A stretch of DNA of 44,017 bases. Source: Candidatus Wildermuthbacteria bacterium RIFCSPHIGHO2_02_FULL_45_25 (lineage in GTDB: Bacteria > Patescibacteriota > Minisyncoccia > Minisyncoccales > UBA10102). Position 1 is the stretch's first letter; every line of letters starts with the position of its first letter. Positions 1 to 7,040 of the stretch are shown piece by piece. A program made the position numbers and the translations under genes. The stretch lies in the NCBI GenBank assembly GCA_001823215.1, contig MHTV01000045.1:1-44017 (forward strand), given 5' to 3'. The notes under the pieces were generated by a model that did no database searches, was not told the DNA's origin, and saw only the letters and a list, made by a program, of their open reading frames with translations.

Positions 1-923
1 TGTATGAAGTTCTCAAGCAAGGCGGTTTTCAAGCGCATTTGGTTGGGAATATCGGAGTTCCGGTATTCCAAGCGCTTGAAAAAGCAACGAAGAAAGACGT
101 GTTTATCTATGAGCTTTCCAGTTATCAGCTTGAACTTTTGAGAAAAAGCCCTCATATCGCGATATTGCTGAATTTGTATGAGGAGCATCTTGACCATTAT
201 GGGAGCATGAAATCCTATGTGGAGGCAAAATCCCATATTGCCAAATTTCAGACGGACAAAGATTATCTCGTGTATAACCGGAGTAATCAATTAGTGAGGG
301 CGATCGCGAAAAAATCAAAGGCAAAGAAAATTGCGTATGAGTATGCGATACGTGCCGATGCACCCTTTATAGCCGCGCTTGAACCGGTAATTGAAGTGGG
401 AAAGTTGCTGAAAATTTCTCAAGCAAAAATTCAGAAAGCGATTCGGCAATTCAAGCCGCTTCCACACCGCCTTGAATTTGTGGGAACATATCGGGAGATC
501 AAGTTTTACAATGATTCGCTGGCAACCATTCCAGAAGCTGCGATGGCGGCTATTTCCTCGCTGGGAAGCAATGTGCATACGCTTATCGCCGGCGGATTCG
601 ATAGGGGAGTGAGCATGAAAAAATTTGCCGAATATCTTTTGGCAAGTCCGGTGCGTGTGCTTATTCTGTTTCCAATCACCGGAATTTCTCTCTGGGATGA
701 AATGCAGAAACTTGCGGACCGGCAAACCAGTACGCAATTGCCAGAGCATGTAATCGTGCAGACAATGGATCAGGCAGTTCAAGAATCGTATGCGCGCACT
801 CTATCTGGCAATATTTGCCTTCTCTCGCCGGCGGCTTCGAGTTTTAATCTTTTTCGGGATTATCAGGACAGGGGAGAGCAATTTAAGAAATTCGTGAAAT
901 TCTATGGCAAGAAAAAAAGCTGA
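1..923 (+). CDS. murD: UDP-N-acetylmuramoylalanine--D-glutamate ligase, 5'-truncated by the window edge
   Basis: ORF is open to the window start. It has a Mur ligase middle/C-terminal pattern (GNIGVP..., ELSSYQLE, HRLE). Its context, upstream of ftsW-murG, is the classic dcw order. Confidence 0.85.
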   Translation, partial: YEVLKQGGFQAHLVGNIGVPVFQALEKATKKDVFIYELSSYQLELLRKSPHIAILLNLYEEHLDHYGSMKSYVEAKSHIAKFQTDKDYLVYNRSNQLVRAIAKKSKAKKIAYEYAIRADAPFIAALEPVIEVGKLLKISQAKIQKAIRQFKPLPHRLEFVGTYREIKFYNDSLATIPEAAMAAISSLGSNVHTLIAGGFDRGVSMKKFAEYLLASPVRVLILFPITGISLWDEMQKLADRQTSTQLPEHVIVQTMDQAVQESYARTLSGNICLLSPAASSFNLFRDYQDRGEQFKKFVKFYGKKKS

Positions 924-2082
924 CTGGTATCCTGATGGTATTCTGCTTGCGTTGTGCGGCGCTCTCTTGTTGAGCGGAATTTTGATTTTGGCAAGCGTCT
1001 CGGCATCCTTCTCGCTGCAGAAAACAGGAACAACTTTTTATTATCTTAGCCATCAGTTATTCTATGGCCTTTTGCCGGGTCTCATATTCGCCGTGGCTGC
1101 TTTTGTGATTCCCCTGGAAAAAATGCGCACATGGAGCGTGTATCTGCTTTTGGGATCATTACTTTTGATGAGTTTAGTGTTTATCCCGGGGATTGGAACT
1201 TCTTCGGGAGGAGCTTCTCGATGGATTTCTATCGGGCCGATTACCTCGTTTCAGCCGTCAGAAATACTCAAACTCGCCTGTATCTTGTATGTTGCTTCGT
1301 GGCTTTCTTCAAAAGGGAAATATCCGTCAAAACAAAAGGCGGTTGCTTCAAGAAACGCTCGGCGCGGCGAAAAAAAATTCACAAAAATCTTTTCTCAATT
1401 ACAGCATACATTTCTTCCATTTATTGCGATTATGAGCGTAATCGCATTATTTTTGCTGATGCAAAAAAACTTAAGCACGCTCGGCGTTATTGTGGTGGTG
1501 GGATTGAGCATGTATTTTCTCTCTGGCGCTCCGTTCTGGCATTCGCTGGCAATGCTTTTCCCCGGAATGATATTGGCGGGATTGGCGGTGTTGCTTACTC
1601 CCTTCCGTATGCAGCGCTTGGCCGCTTTTCTTAATTCGTCTTTTGATCCTTTGGGACAGGGCTATCAAGCAAAGCAAGCGATTATTGGTATTGGATCCGG
1701 CGGATTGACTGGAATCGGGCTTGGGTTAAGCTATCAAAAATTTGGATTGCTTCCCGAGCCAATTTCCGATTCCATTTTCGCTATCTTTGCAGAAGAGACA
1801 GGTTTGATCGGAGCGTTATTGCTTATTGGTTTGTACCTCGCGTTTTCGTGGCGTACATTTGTAATTGCGCGCCGCGCTCCCGATCAATTTTCGCAGCTTG
1901 TCGCGATGGGAATTGGTATTTGGATTTCGTTTCAAGCGTTTGTAAACATGGGCTCTATGGCAGGGGTTGTGCCGCTTACGGGAATTCCACTACCTTTTAT
2001 CAGTTACGGGGGCTCATCTCTCGCGTTGAGCATAGCCGCACTCGGTGTGCTGCTGAATATCTCTCGCACGCGAAAAGTGTAG
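904..2082 (+). CDS. ftsW: SEDS-family peptidoglycan glycosyltransferase FtsW/RodA
   Basis: 392-aa polytopic membrane protein with the conserved C-terminal SEDS block (GLLPEPISDSIFA..., PLTGIPLPFISYGGSS). It overlaps the murD stop by 20 nt and lies between murD and murG. Confidence 0.9.
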   Translation: MARKKADWYPDGILLALCGALLLSGILILASVSASFSLQKTGTTFYYLSHQLFYGLLPGLIFAVAAFVIPLEKMRTWSVYLLLGSLLLMSLVFIPGIGTSSGGASRWISIGPITSFQPSEILKLACILYVASWLSSKGKYPSKQKAVASRNARRGEKKFTKIFSQLQHTFLPFIAIMSVIALFLLMQKNLSTLGVIVVVGLSMYFLSGAPFWHSLAMLFPGMILAGLAVLLTPFRMQRLAAFLNSSFDPLGQGYQAKQAIIGIGSGGLTGIGLGLSYQKFGLLPEPISDSIFAIFAEETGLIGALLLIGLYLAFSWRTFVIARRAPDQFSQLVAMGIGIWISFQAFVNMGSMAGVVPLTGIPLPFISYGGSSLALSIAALGVLLNISRTRKV

Positions 2083-2086
2083 ATAC

Positions 2087-2242
2087 TTTGAATTACGAAA
2101 AGAGCAAAACATAATGCTTTGAGAACACGGATATTTTTCTGCTGAAAAATTCCTGGCTCTCCCACCTCGCGGTGAGGGGCTCGCGCCAGTCGCGCTCCCA
2201 ATGTTCTCAAAACCTCATAATGTGCTAGTTTCGTAATTCAAA
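2087..2242 (-). repeat. Nested-hairpin intergenic element, copy A (family core reads on the minus strand here)
   Basis: Perfect outer arms TTTGAATTACGAAA / TTTCGTAATTCAAA (2087-2100 / 2229-2242). Inner arms TTTGAGAACA / TGTTCTCAAA (2118-2127 / 2202-2211). The core matches copies at 11105-11223, 12788-12951 and 42694-42812. Strand is given for the orientation in which the core reads GAGCGCGACTGGCGCGAGC; the functional strand is unresolved. Confidence 0.85.
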
Positions 2243-2265
2243 TGTATTCATGATACACTAAAAAT

Positions 2266-3390
2266 ATGAAAATTGTTTTCGCGGGCGGTGGTACCGGTGG
2301 TCATATTTTGCCCATTGTTGCTATCGCAAGAGAACTCCAGAAGAGCGTTTCAGACCAACAGTTGCAACTTCACTATATCGGACCAAAAGATATGTTCGGA
2401 GAGATGACGCTCGAACAGGAAGGATTGCGCATCCACCGAATTTTTGCCGGAAAATTGAGGCGAACAGGAGGAATCGGAGCTTGGTTGAAGAATATTTTTG
2501 ATATCTGCGTTCTTCTGCCATTGGGTATTCTCTGGGCGCTTAAAATCGTTTTGTTTCTGTGGCCCGATGCTATTGTAAGCAAGGGCGGATACGGAGCATT
2601 GCCTGTTACCATTGCGGGTTGGCTGCTGCGCAGGCCCGTATTTCTCCATGAGTCAGATATTGCGCCGGGACTTGCCAATCGCATCGGCGGGAAGTTTGCT
2701 CTGGAAATTTTTACATCTTTTCAACGCACAGAATATTTTTCAGCCAAGAAAATGTTGTTTGTGGGAAATCCTATCCGCAGGGAGCTGCTTACTGGAGATC
2801 AGCAGGAAGCTGCCCGATTATTTCAACTTACCAATGAAAAGCCGGTCCTGCTTATTCTTGGCGGTTCTCAAGGAGCACAGCGTGTAAACAATATAATCTT
2901 GGAGATTTTGGCAAAATTGCTCGAAAGTTTTGAAGTCATCCACCAGACCGGCAAACGTAATTTTGAGCAAGTGAGAAAAGAGGGGAAAGTAGTCGTTACT
3001 CAAGACAATTTGCGCTTTTATCATCCCTTGCCGTTTCTTACGGAACCCGAGCTGAAACACGCATACGCGACCGCCTCTTTGGTGGTAAGCCGCGCGGGAT
3101 CCGGAAGCATTTTTGAAATTTCTGCGCGCGGGATTCCGGCAGTTTTGATTCCATTGCCCGAATCCGCGCAGAATCATCAACTCAAAAACGCGTATGGCTA
3201 TGCCCAAAATGGAGCTGCCATTGTTTTGGAGGAAAGCAATCTTACCCCGCATTTTTTTCTGGATCGCATCATATCTATCGTATTCAACGAAGAAAAGTAT
3301 AAAAAAATGTCATCGGCCGCGTTTGATTTTTCCAAGCCAAATGCGGCATACATCATTGCTCATTATCTCCTGGAGTACTTGAAACGATAG
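2266..3390 (+). CDS. murG: UDP-GlcNAc--MurNAc-pentapeptide-undecaprenol GlcNAc transferase
   Basis: N-terminal GGGTGGHILP glycine loop, 374 aa, GT28 layout, dcw context. Confidence 0.9.
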   Translation: MKIVFAGGGTGGHILPIVAIARELQKSVSDQQLQLHYIGPKDMFGEMTLEQEGLRIHRIFAGKLRRTGGIGAWLKNIFDICVLLPLGILWALKIVLFLWPDAIVSKGGYGALPVTIAGWLLRRPVFLHESDIAPGLANRIGGKFALEIFTSFQRTEYFSAKKMLFVGNPIRRELLTGDQQEAARLFQLTNEKPVLLILGGSQGAQRVNNIILEILAKLLESFEVIHQTGKRNFEQVRKEGKVVVTQDNLRFYHPLPFLTEPELKHAYATASLVVSRAGSGSIFEISARGIPAVLIPLPESAQNHQLKNAYGYAQNGAAIVLEESNLTPHFFLDRIISIVFNEEKYKKMSSAAFDFSKPNAAYIIAHYLLEYLKR

Positions 3391-3407
3391 AAATTTTGAA
3401 ATATACT
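3379..3407 (+). promoter_or_regulatory. Sigma-70-type promoter for gltX (TTGAAA-17 nt-TATACT), only 6 nt from the ATG
   Basis: TTGAAA at 3379-3384, 17-nt spacer, TATACT at 3402-3407, ATG at 3414. The predicted transcription start coincides with the start codon. Confidence 0.5.
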
Positions 3408-3413
3408 ACTGGT

Positions 3414-4985
3414 ATGTCAAGACAATCTACTCCTCAATCGGTCAGAGTTCGGATTGCGCCGTCGCCAACGGGACCTATTCATATGGGAAATGTGCGGGCC
3501 GGTTTATTTAATTATCTATTTGCCAAGCAGCAAGGAGGCGTATTTATGTTGCGCATCGAAGACACCGACAAAGAGAGATCAAAACCCGAATGGGAAAAAG
3601 ACATTTTTGAAAATATGCAGTGGCTAGGACTTCTATGGGATGAAGGTCCGGATCCCGCGCATCATGGGGCATCTTTTGGGCAGTATGGGCCTTATCGGCA
3701 ATCTGAACGCACCGAGCTCTACAAAAAATATCTTCTCAAGCTTTTGGCGGAAGGCAAGGCGTATTATTGCTTTTGCGCGAGCGATGAATTGGAAGCGCAA
3801 CGTTCCAATCAAATGAGTTTGGGAGAAGCGCCGCGTTATCTTGGCACATGCCGCCAGCTTGCCAAAGATCAGCAAGAAAAGAAATTCAAAGAAGGCAAAC
3901 CCGCTGTTATTCGTTTTATTGTGGAGCCAAAAGTCGTGGTCTTCGATGACTTGATTCGCGGCAAAGTTTCCTTCGACATGTCGTTGGCCGGAGATATTGT
4001 GATCGCGAAAAATCTGGAAACTCCCTTGTATAATTTTACCGTGGTCATTGATGACTATGAGATGAAGATTACGCATGTGATTCGGGGAGAGGATCATATC
4101 CCCAATACTCCAAAACAAATCTTACTCCAACAAGCGCTTGGATTTCCGGGTGCGCAATTTGGGCATTTGCCGCTTCTGTTGGGTACCGATCGCACGAAAT
4201 TAAGTAAGCGACATGGAGACCATTCAGTAACCAGATATCGCAAAGAAGGATATCTTCCGGAAGCCGTTCTTAATTTCCTGGCGCTTTTGGGTTGGAATCC
4301 AGGCGGAGAAAAAGAGATTTTTACGCTCCAAGAGCTTGTGGAAGATTTCTCTCTCAAGCGCATTCAGAAGGGCGGAGCGGTGTTTAACGTGCAACGCTTG
4401 GATTGGATCAATGGGTATTATATCCGCCAAATGCCAATTGAAGAGCTTACCAGGCGATGCATTCCGTTTTTAATCAATGCAGGATTGATTGATCCATGGC
4501 CAGACGTTAAGGGGGAAGAGATTTGGTATATGGCTGAAAAAAGACCGTTTCCTGAAGGAATTCTGAAGGAAGAAGATATTCAAAAGGTTATTAGTTTGTA
4601 TAAAGATACGATCCAACCGTATCAGGATCGCTTGAAGAAACTTTCAGAACTTCCGGAAATGATTGATTTCTTTTTCGTGGACAACTTAGATTATCCAAAA
4701 GAATTATTGCTCTGGAAAGATGCTGATGCGGCAACAATAGCGCATGCGTTAGAAAGAGCGAAAGAAATCTTATCTGGTATCGCGGATGACAAATGGACAA
4801 GAGAACATTTGGAAGAAGTTTTGATGCCCTTTGCTGAACAGGAAAAAAACAGGGGATATATGCTCTGGCCGTTACGAGTCGCTCTTTCAGGAAAAAAAGC
4901 ATCGGCAGGACCGTTTGAAATCTGCTCGGCGCTGGGCAAGGAAAAAACTTTGCGGCGAATTCAATTTGCGCTCGAAAAATTTTAG
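3414..4985 (+). CDS. gltX: Glutamyl-tRNA synthetase (probably non-discriminating, since gatCAB is present)
   Basis: Class I motifs PSPTGPIHMGN (HIGH-like) and KLSKRHG (KMSKS). The ORF track starts at TTG 3396; I prefer ATG 3414 because of the abutting promoter. Confidence 0.9.
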   Translation: MSRQSTPQSVRVRIAPSPTGPIHMGNVRAGLFNYLFAKQQGGVFMLRIEDTDKERSKPEWEKDIFENMQWLGLLWDEGPDPAHHGASFGQYGPYRQSERTELYKKYLLKLLAEGKAYYCFCASDELEAQRSNQMSLGEAPRYLGTCRQLAKDQQEKKFKEGKPAVIRFIVEPKVVVFDDLIRGKVSFDMSLAGDIVIAKNLETPLYNFTVVIDDYEMKITHVIRGEDHIPNTPKQILLQQALGFPGAQFGHLPLLLGTDRTKLSKRHGDHSVTRYRKEGYLPEAVLNFLALLGWNPGGEKEIFTLQELVEDFSLKRIQKGGAVFNVQRLDWINGYYIRQMPIEELTRRCIPFLINAGLIDPWPDVKGEEIWYMAEKRPFPEGILKEEDIQKVISLYKDTIQPYQDRLKKLSELPEMIDFFFVDNLDYPKELLLWKDADAATIAHALERAKEILSGIADDKWTREHLEEVLMPFAEQEKNRGYMLWPLRVALSGKKASAGPFEICSALGKEKTLRRIQFALEKF

Positions 4986-5000
4986 GATTGCGGGTATAAT
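4972..5000 (+). promoter_or_regulatory. Sigma-70-type promoter (TCGAAA-17 nt-TATAAT) inside the gltX 3' end
   Basis: TCGAAA at 4972-4977 and TATAAT at 4995-5000. It would start transcription near 5007, which argues that the downstream ORF begins at ATG 5062 rather than 4999. Confidence 0.4.
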
Positions 5001-5061
5001 GGAAAATAATGAAAGCTCAAAAGCAGGGGAGAAGAGAGGGGAGAGCCAATGTTACAGTTTG

Positions 5062-5535
5062 ATGCGTTATTTTTTTCTCACATTTTTACTTTTGGGAATA
5101 GTTGGCACGACGAGCATGCCGTTTTGGACGTATGCTCAAACCCATGAAAATCCCGTATCGCCTGGCTTGCATGTTCCAGAGAATTTTGAGGAAGCGCAAA
5201 AGGGTACGGAAGAAGCAGGGAAGAGGATATGGGAAGAACTGCCTCGCATTCTCAAAGATATTTGGAACAACGAAATTCTGCCGCTCTGGAAAACAATGTG
5301 GAACTGGGTTGTAATGCTCTGGGATCACACGGTCAAAGCATGGGTAGAAGCATGCTGGGAATGGCTGCGAAGTTTATTTGGAGAAGAGATTGATACACGC
5401 ACAGAGAGCGCTCGAGAACAAATTGAAGAGGAAAAACAAGAGTTGCAAGAGGAGCTGGAAAAGGAAGGAGAAAATATTACAAGAAGTTTGTGGCAGAGGT
5501 TTAAAGATCTTTTTCGCAATGCAGATACGCCTTAG
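5062..5535 (+). CDS. Hypothetical secreted or membrane-anchored Trp-rich / Glu-rich protein
   Basis: From ATG 5062 the protein starts MRYFFLTFLLLGIVGTTSMPFWTYAQ (signal-peptide-like). A W-rich amphipathic region and an E/K/Q coiled-coil-like tail follow. An alternative in-frame ATG lies at 4999. I recognise no family. Confidence 0.55.
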   Translation: MRYFFLTFLLLGIVGTTSMPFWTYAQTHENPVSPGLHVPENFEEAQKGTEEAGKRIWEELPRILKDIWNNEILPLWKTMWNWVVMLWDHTVKAWVEACWEWLRSLFGEEIDTRTESAREQIEEEKQELQEELEKEGENITRSLWQRFKDLFRNADTP

Positions 5536-5573
5536 ATGTGCTGTGGATAACTTTTGGGTGCGTGTTCTTATAT

Positions 5574-5601
5574 GTGTCGCACAATGTAGGTTAAGCGACA
5601 T
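5574..5601. other. Candidate dif-like Xer recombination site (11-6-11)
   Basis: GTGTCGCACAA-TGTAGG-TTAAGCGACAT. The arms are inverted repeats sharing ATGTCGC..AA. By my hand alignment, 18 of 28 positions are identical to E. coli dif GGTGCGCATAATGTATATTATGTTAAAT. A third arm-like motif, TTATGCGCAC, follows at 5602-5611. Confidence 0.45.
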
Positions 5602-5730
5602 TTATGCGCACTTCAAATGTTTAGATCATTCTGCGAGCCAATCCTTTAGGGAATGAGTCATCTTGCCAAGCAAGATATCTGCGGGCTATCTTTGGAAGAA
5701 TGGCTTGCGAGATGCGATGATGCTTATCCT

Positions 5731-5759
5731 TTGACTATCCCTTGAAACTCACACATATT
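5731..5759 (+). promoter_or_regulatory. Possible promoter for xer (TTGACT-17 nt-CATATT), 8 nt from the ATG
   Basis: TTGACT at 5731-5736, CATATT at 5754-5759, ATG at 5768. Confidence 0.35.
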
Positions 5760-5767
5760 CCCCTTTC

Positions 5768-6769
5768 ATGATGCAAAAATCTCAAAAAACCATTTTCGAT
5801 CATATCCCCGATTTTATTGATTATTGCGATGTGGAACGCGGACTTTCCACGAAGACCCAGGAAAACTATTCTCGGTATCTTCATAAATTCCAAATATGGC
5901 TCAAATTGAAAAAAATCCAAAATCTTTTGCCCCATGAACTTACCGCAGATCTCATTTGGCAATACCGCTTGTATTTGGCCCGTAGACAGGATATTCACGG
6001 CAAAACGCTTTCTCGACTAACCCAGAACTATTATTTAATCGCTCTAAGGGCGCTCCTGGGTTATTTTGTGGTTAAAGATGTAGAATGTATCCCGCCAGAT
6101 AAAATAACCCTTCCAAAAGACGCTACAAAGGAGCGAAGCATTAAATTTCTTACCCTTGAGCAAGTACGCAAACTTCTTGAAACTCCTCAAACCTCTACGC
6201 CATCTGGTTTACGCGATAAAGCCATATTAGAGATCCTTTTTTCGACTGGCTTGCGGATCGCGGAACTTGTCATGCTTAACCGAGAGCAATTTGATTCAAT
6301 CTTTACGAAAGAGGATTTTGAACTTGGGATTATCGGAAAAGGAAATCGGCCCCGCACCGTGTATTTCTCAAACCGCGCGCTCCATTGGCTCAAGGAGTAT
6401 CTCAAGACCCGCATGGATAAAGAAAAAGCATTATTTATTAATTATCGAGGACGAAGTCAGGAGGACCTTCGTCTCTCTGCTCGCTCAATCGAGCGAATGA
6501 TAAAAAAATATGCGATTGCGGCAGGTGTGCCTATTTTTACTACGCCCCATACCATGAGGCATTCGTACGCAACCGATTTATTGGAACAAGGAGTTGATTT
6601 GCGAAGTATTCAAGAATTTCTTGGTCATAAGAATATCGCCACTACCCAAATCTATACTCATGTGACCAACAAACGTCTTCGGGATATTCATCGCCAATTC
6701 CATAGCGGAGGGCGGCTTGACAATGCTGAACCAAACACTCCACTCGACGAGCAGTTGGATTCTCATTGA
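5768..6769 (+). CDS. xerC: Tyrosine recombinase, XerC/XerD family
   Basis: N-terminal SAM-like core-binding domain plus a catalytic domain with GLRIAEL (Arg), HTMRHSYAT (His-x-x-Arg), LGH and IYTHV (Tyr). Confidence 0.85.
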   Translation: MMQKSQKTIFDHIPDFIDYCDVERGLSTKTQENYSRYLHKFQIWLKLKKIQNLLPHELTADLIWQYRLYLARRQDIHGKTLSRLTQNYYLIALRALLGYFVVKDVECIPPDKITLPKDATKERSIKFLTLEQVRKLLETPQTSTPSGLRDKAILEILFSTGLRIAELVMLNREQFDSIFTKEDFELGIIGKGNRPRTVYFSNRALHWLKEYLKTRMDKEKALFINYRGRSQEDLRLSARSIERMIKKYAIAAGVPIFTTPHTMRHSYATDLLEQGVDLRSIQEFLGHKNIATTQIYTHVTNKRLRDIHRQFHSGGRLDNAEPNTPLDEQLDSH

Positions 6770-6775
6770 AATGAA

Positions 6776-6792
6776 ATGTCGCACAATATAAA
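6776..6792 (+). repeat. Direct repeat of the dif-like left arm plus part of the spacer (half-site)
   Basis: ATGTCGCACAATATAAA. The 14-mer TGTCGCACAAT(A/G)TA is shared with 5575-5588 in the same orientation. There is no matching right arm. Confidence 0.5.
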
Positions 6793-6827
6793 CCGCCAAC
6801 ACAATCATTGCGTTGGCGGATCCTTTT
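6793..6827 (+). terminator. Rho-independent terminator after xer
   Basis: CCGCCAAC-(11-nt loop)-GTTGGCGG, followed by ATCCTTTT. Confidence 0.6.
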
Positions 6828-7040
6828 AGGAAGTGCTGAAAAATACGTATCCTTTTCTCCTTAAAATTTCTTCGAGTTCGCATGGGCAACTCGAGAGAAT
6901 TGCCGCGGAGTGCTCAACCTCACAAGTGGAAATACATCGAGCGGGTTTGATCGGCGGGATAAGTGTTGCCAGAACCGCAAGGGCAAATATCTCTTGCTTG
7001 GTGAATACTCGCGTGCTTGTTCCCTCGGGCGATACTTGAA

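Noticed and set aside
2004-2210. 68-aa minus-strand ORF spanning the ftsW-murG spacer
   Set aside because: It reads straight through repeat copy A (its peptide ...GARLARAPHREVGEPG... is just the translated conserved core). It has no start context and overlaps the ftsW end. It is an artefact of the GC-rich repeat.
2087-2242. Repeat family as integron attC sites
   Set aside because: attC sites also have conserved structure with variable sequence. However, the boundary motifs here (TGAGAAC / GTTCTCA) do not fit R''/R' consensus RYYYAAC / GTTRRRY. The flanking genes are core housekeeping genes rather than cassettes, and no intI is nearby.
4831-5061. Long 234-aa form of the ORF overlapping the gltX 3' end
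   Set aside because: The overlap region has no independent coding support. The TCGAAA-17-TATAAT promoter at 4972-5000 and the signal-peptide-like sequence beginning at ATG 5062 favour the short form.
5542-5550. Perfect DnaA box (TGTGGATAA, the complement of TTATCCACA) near the dif-like site: possible oriC
   Set aside because: There is a single perfect box with at most one degenerate neighbour, no AT-rich unwinding element, and no dnaA/dnaN context. One such 9-mer in 44 kb is not far from chance expectation.
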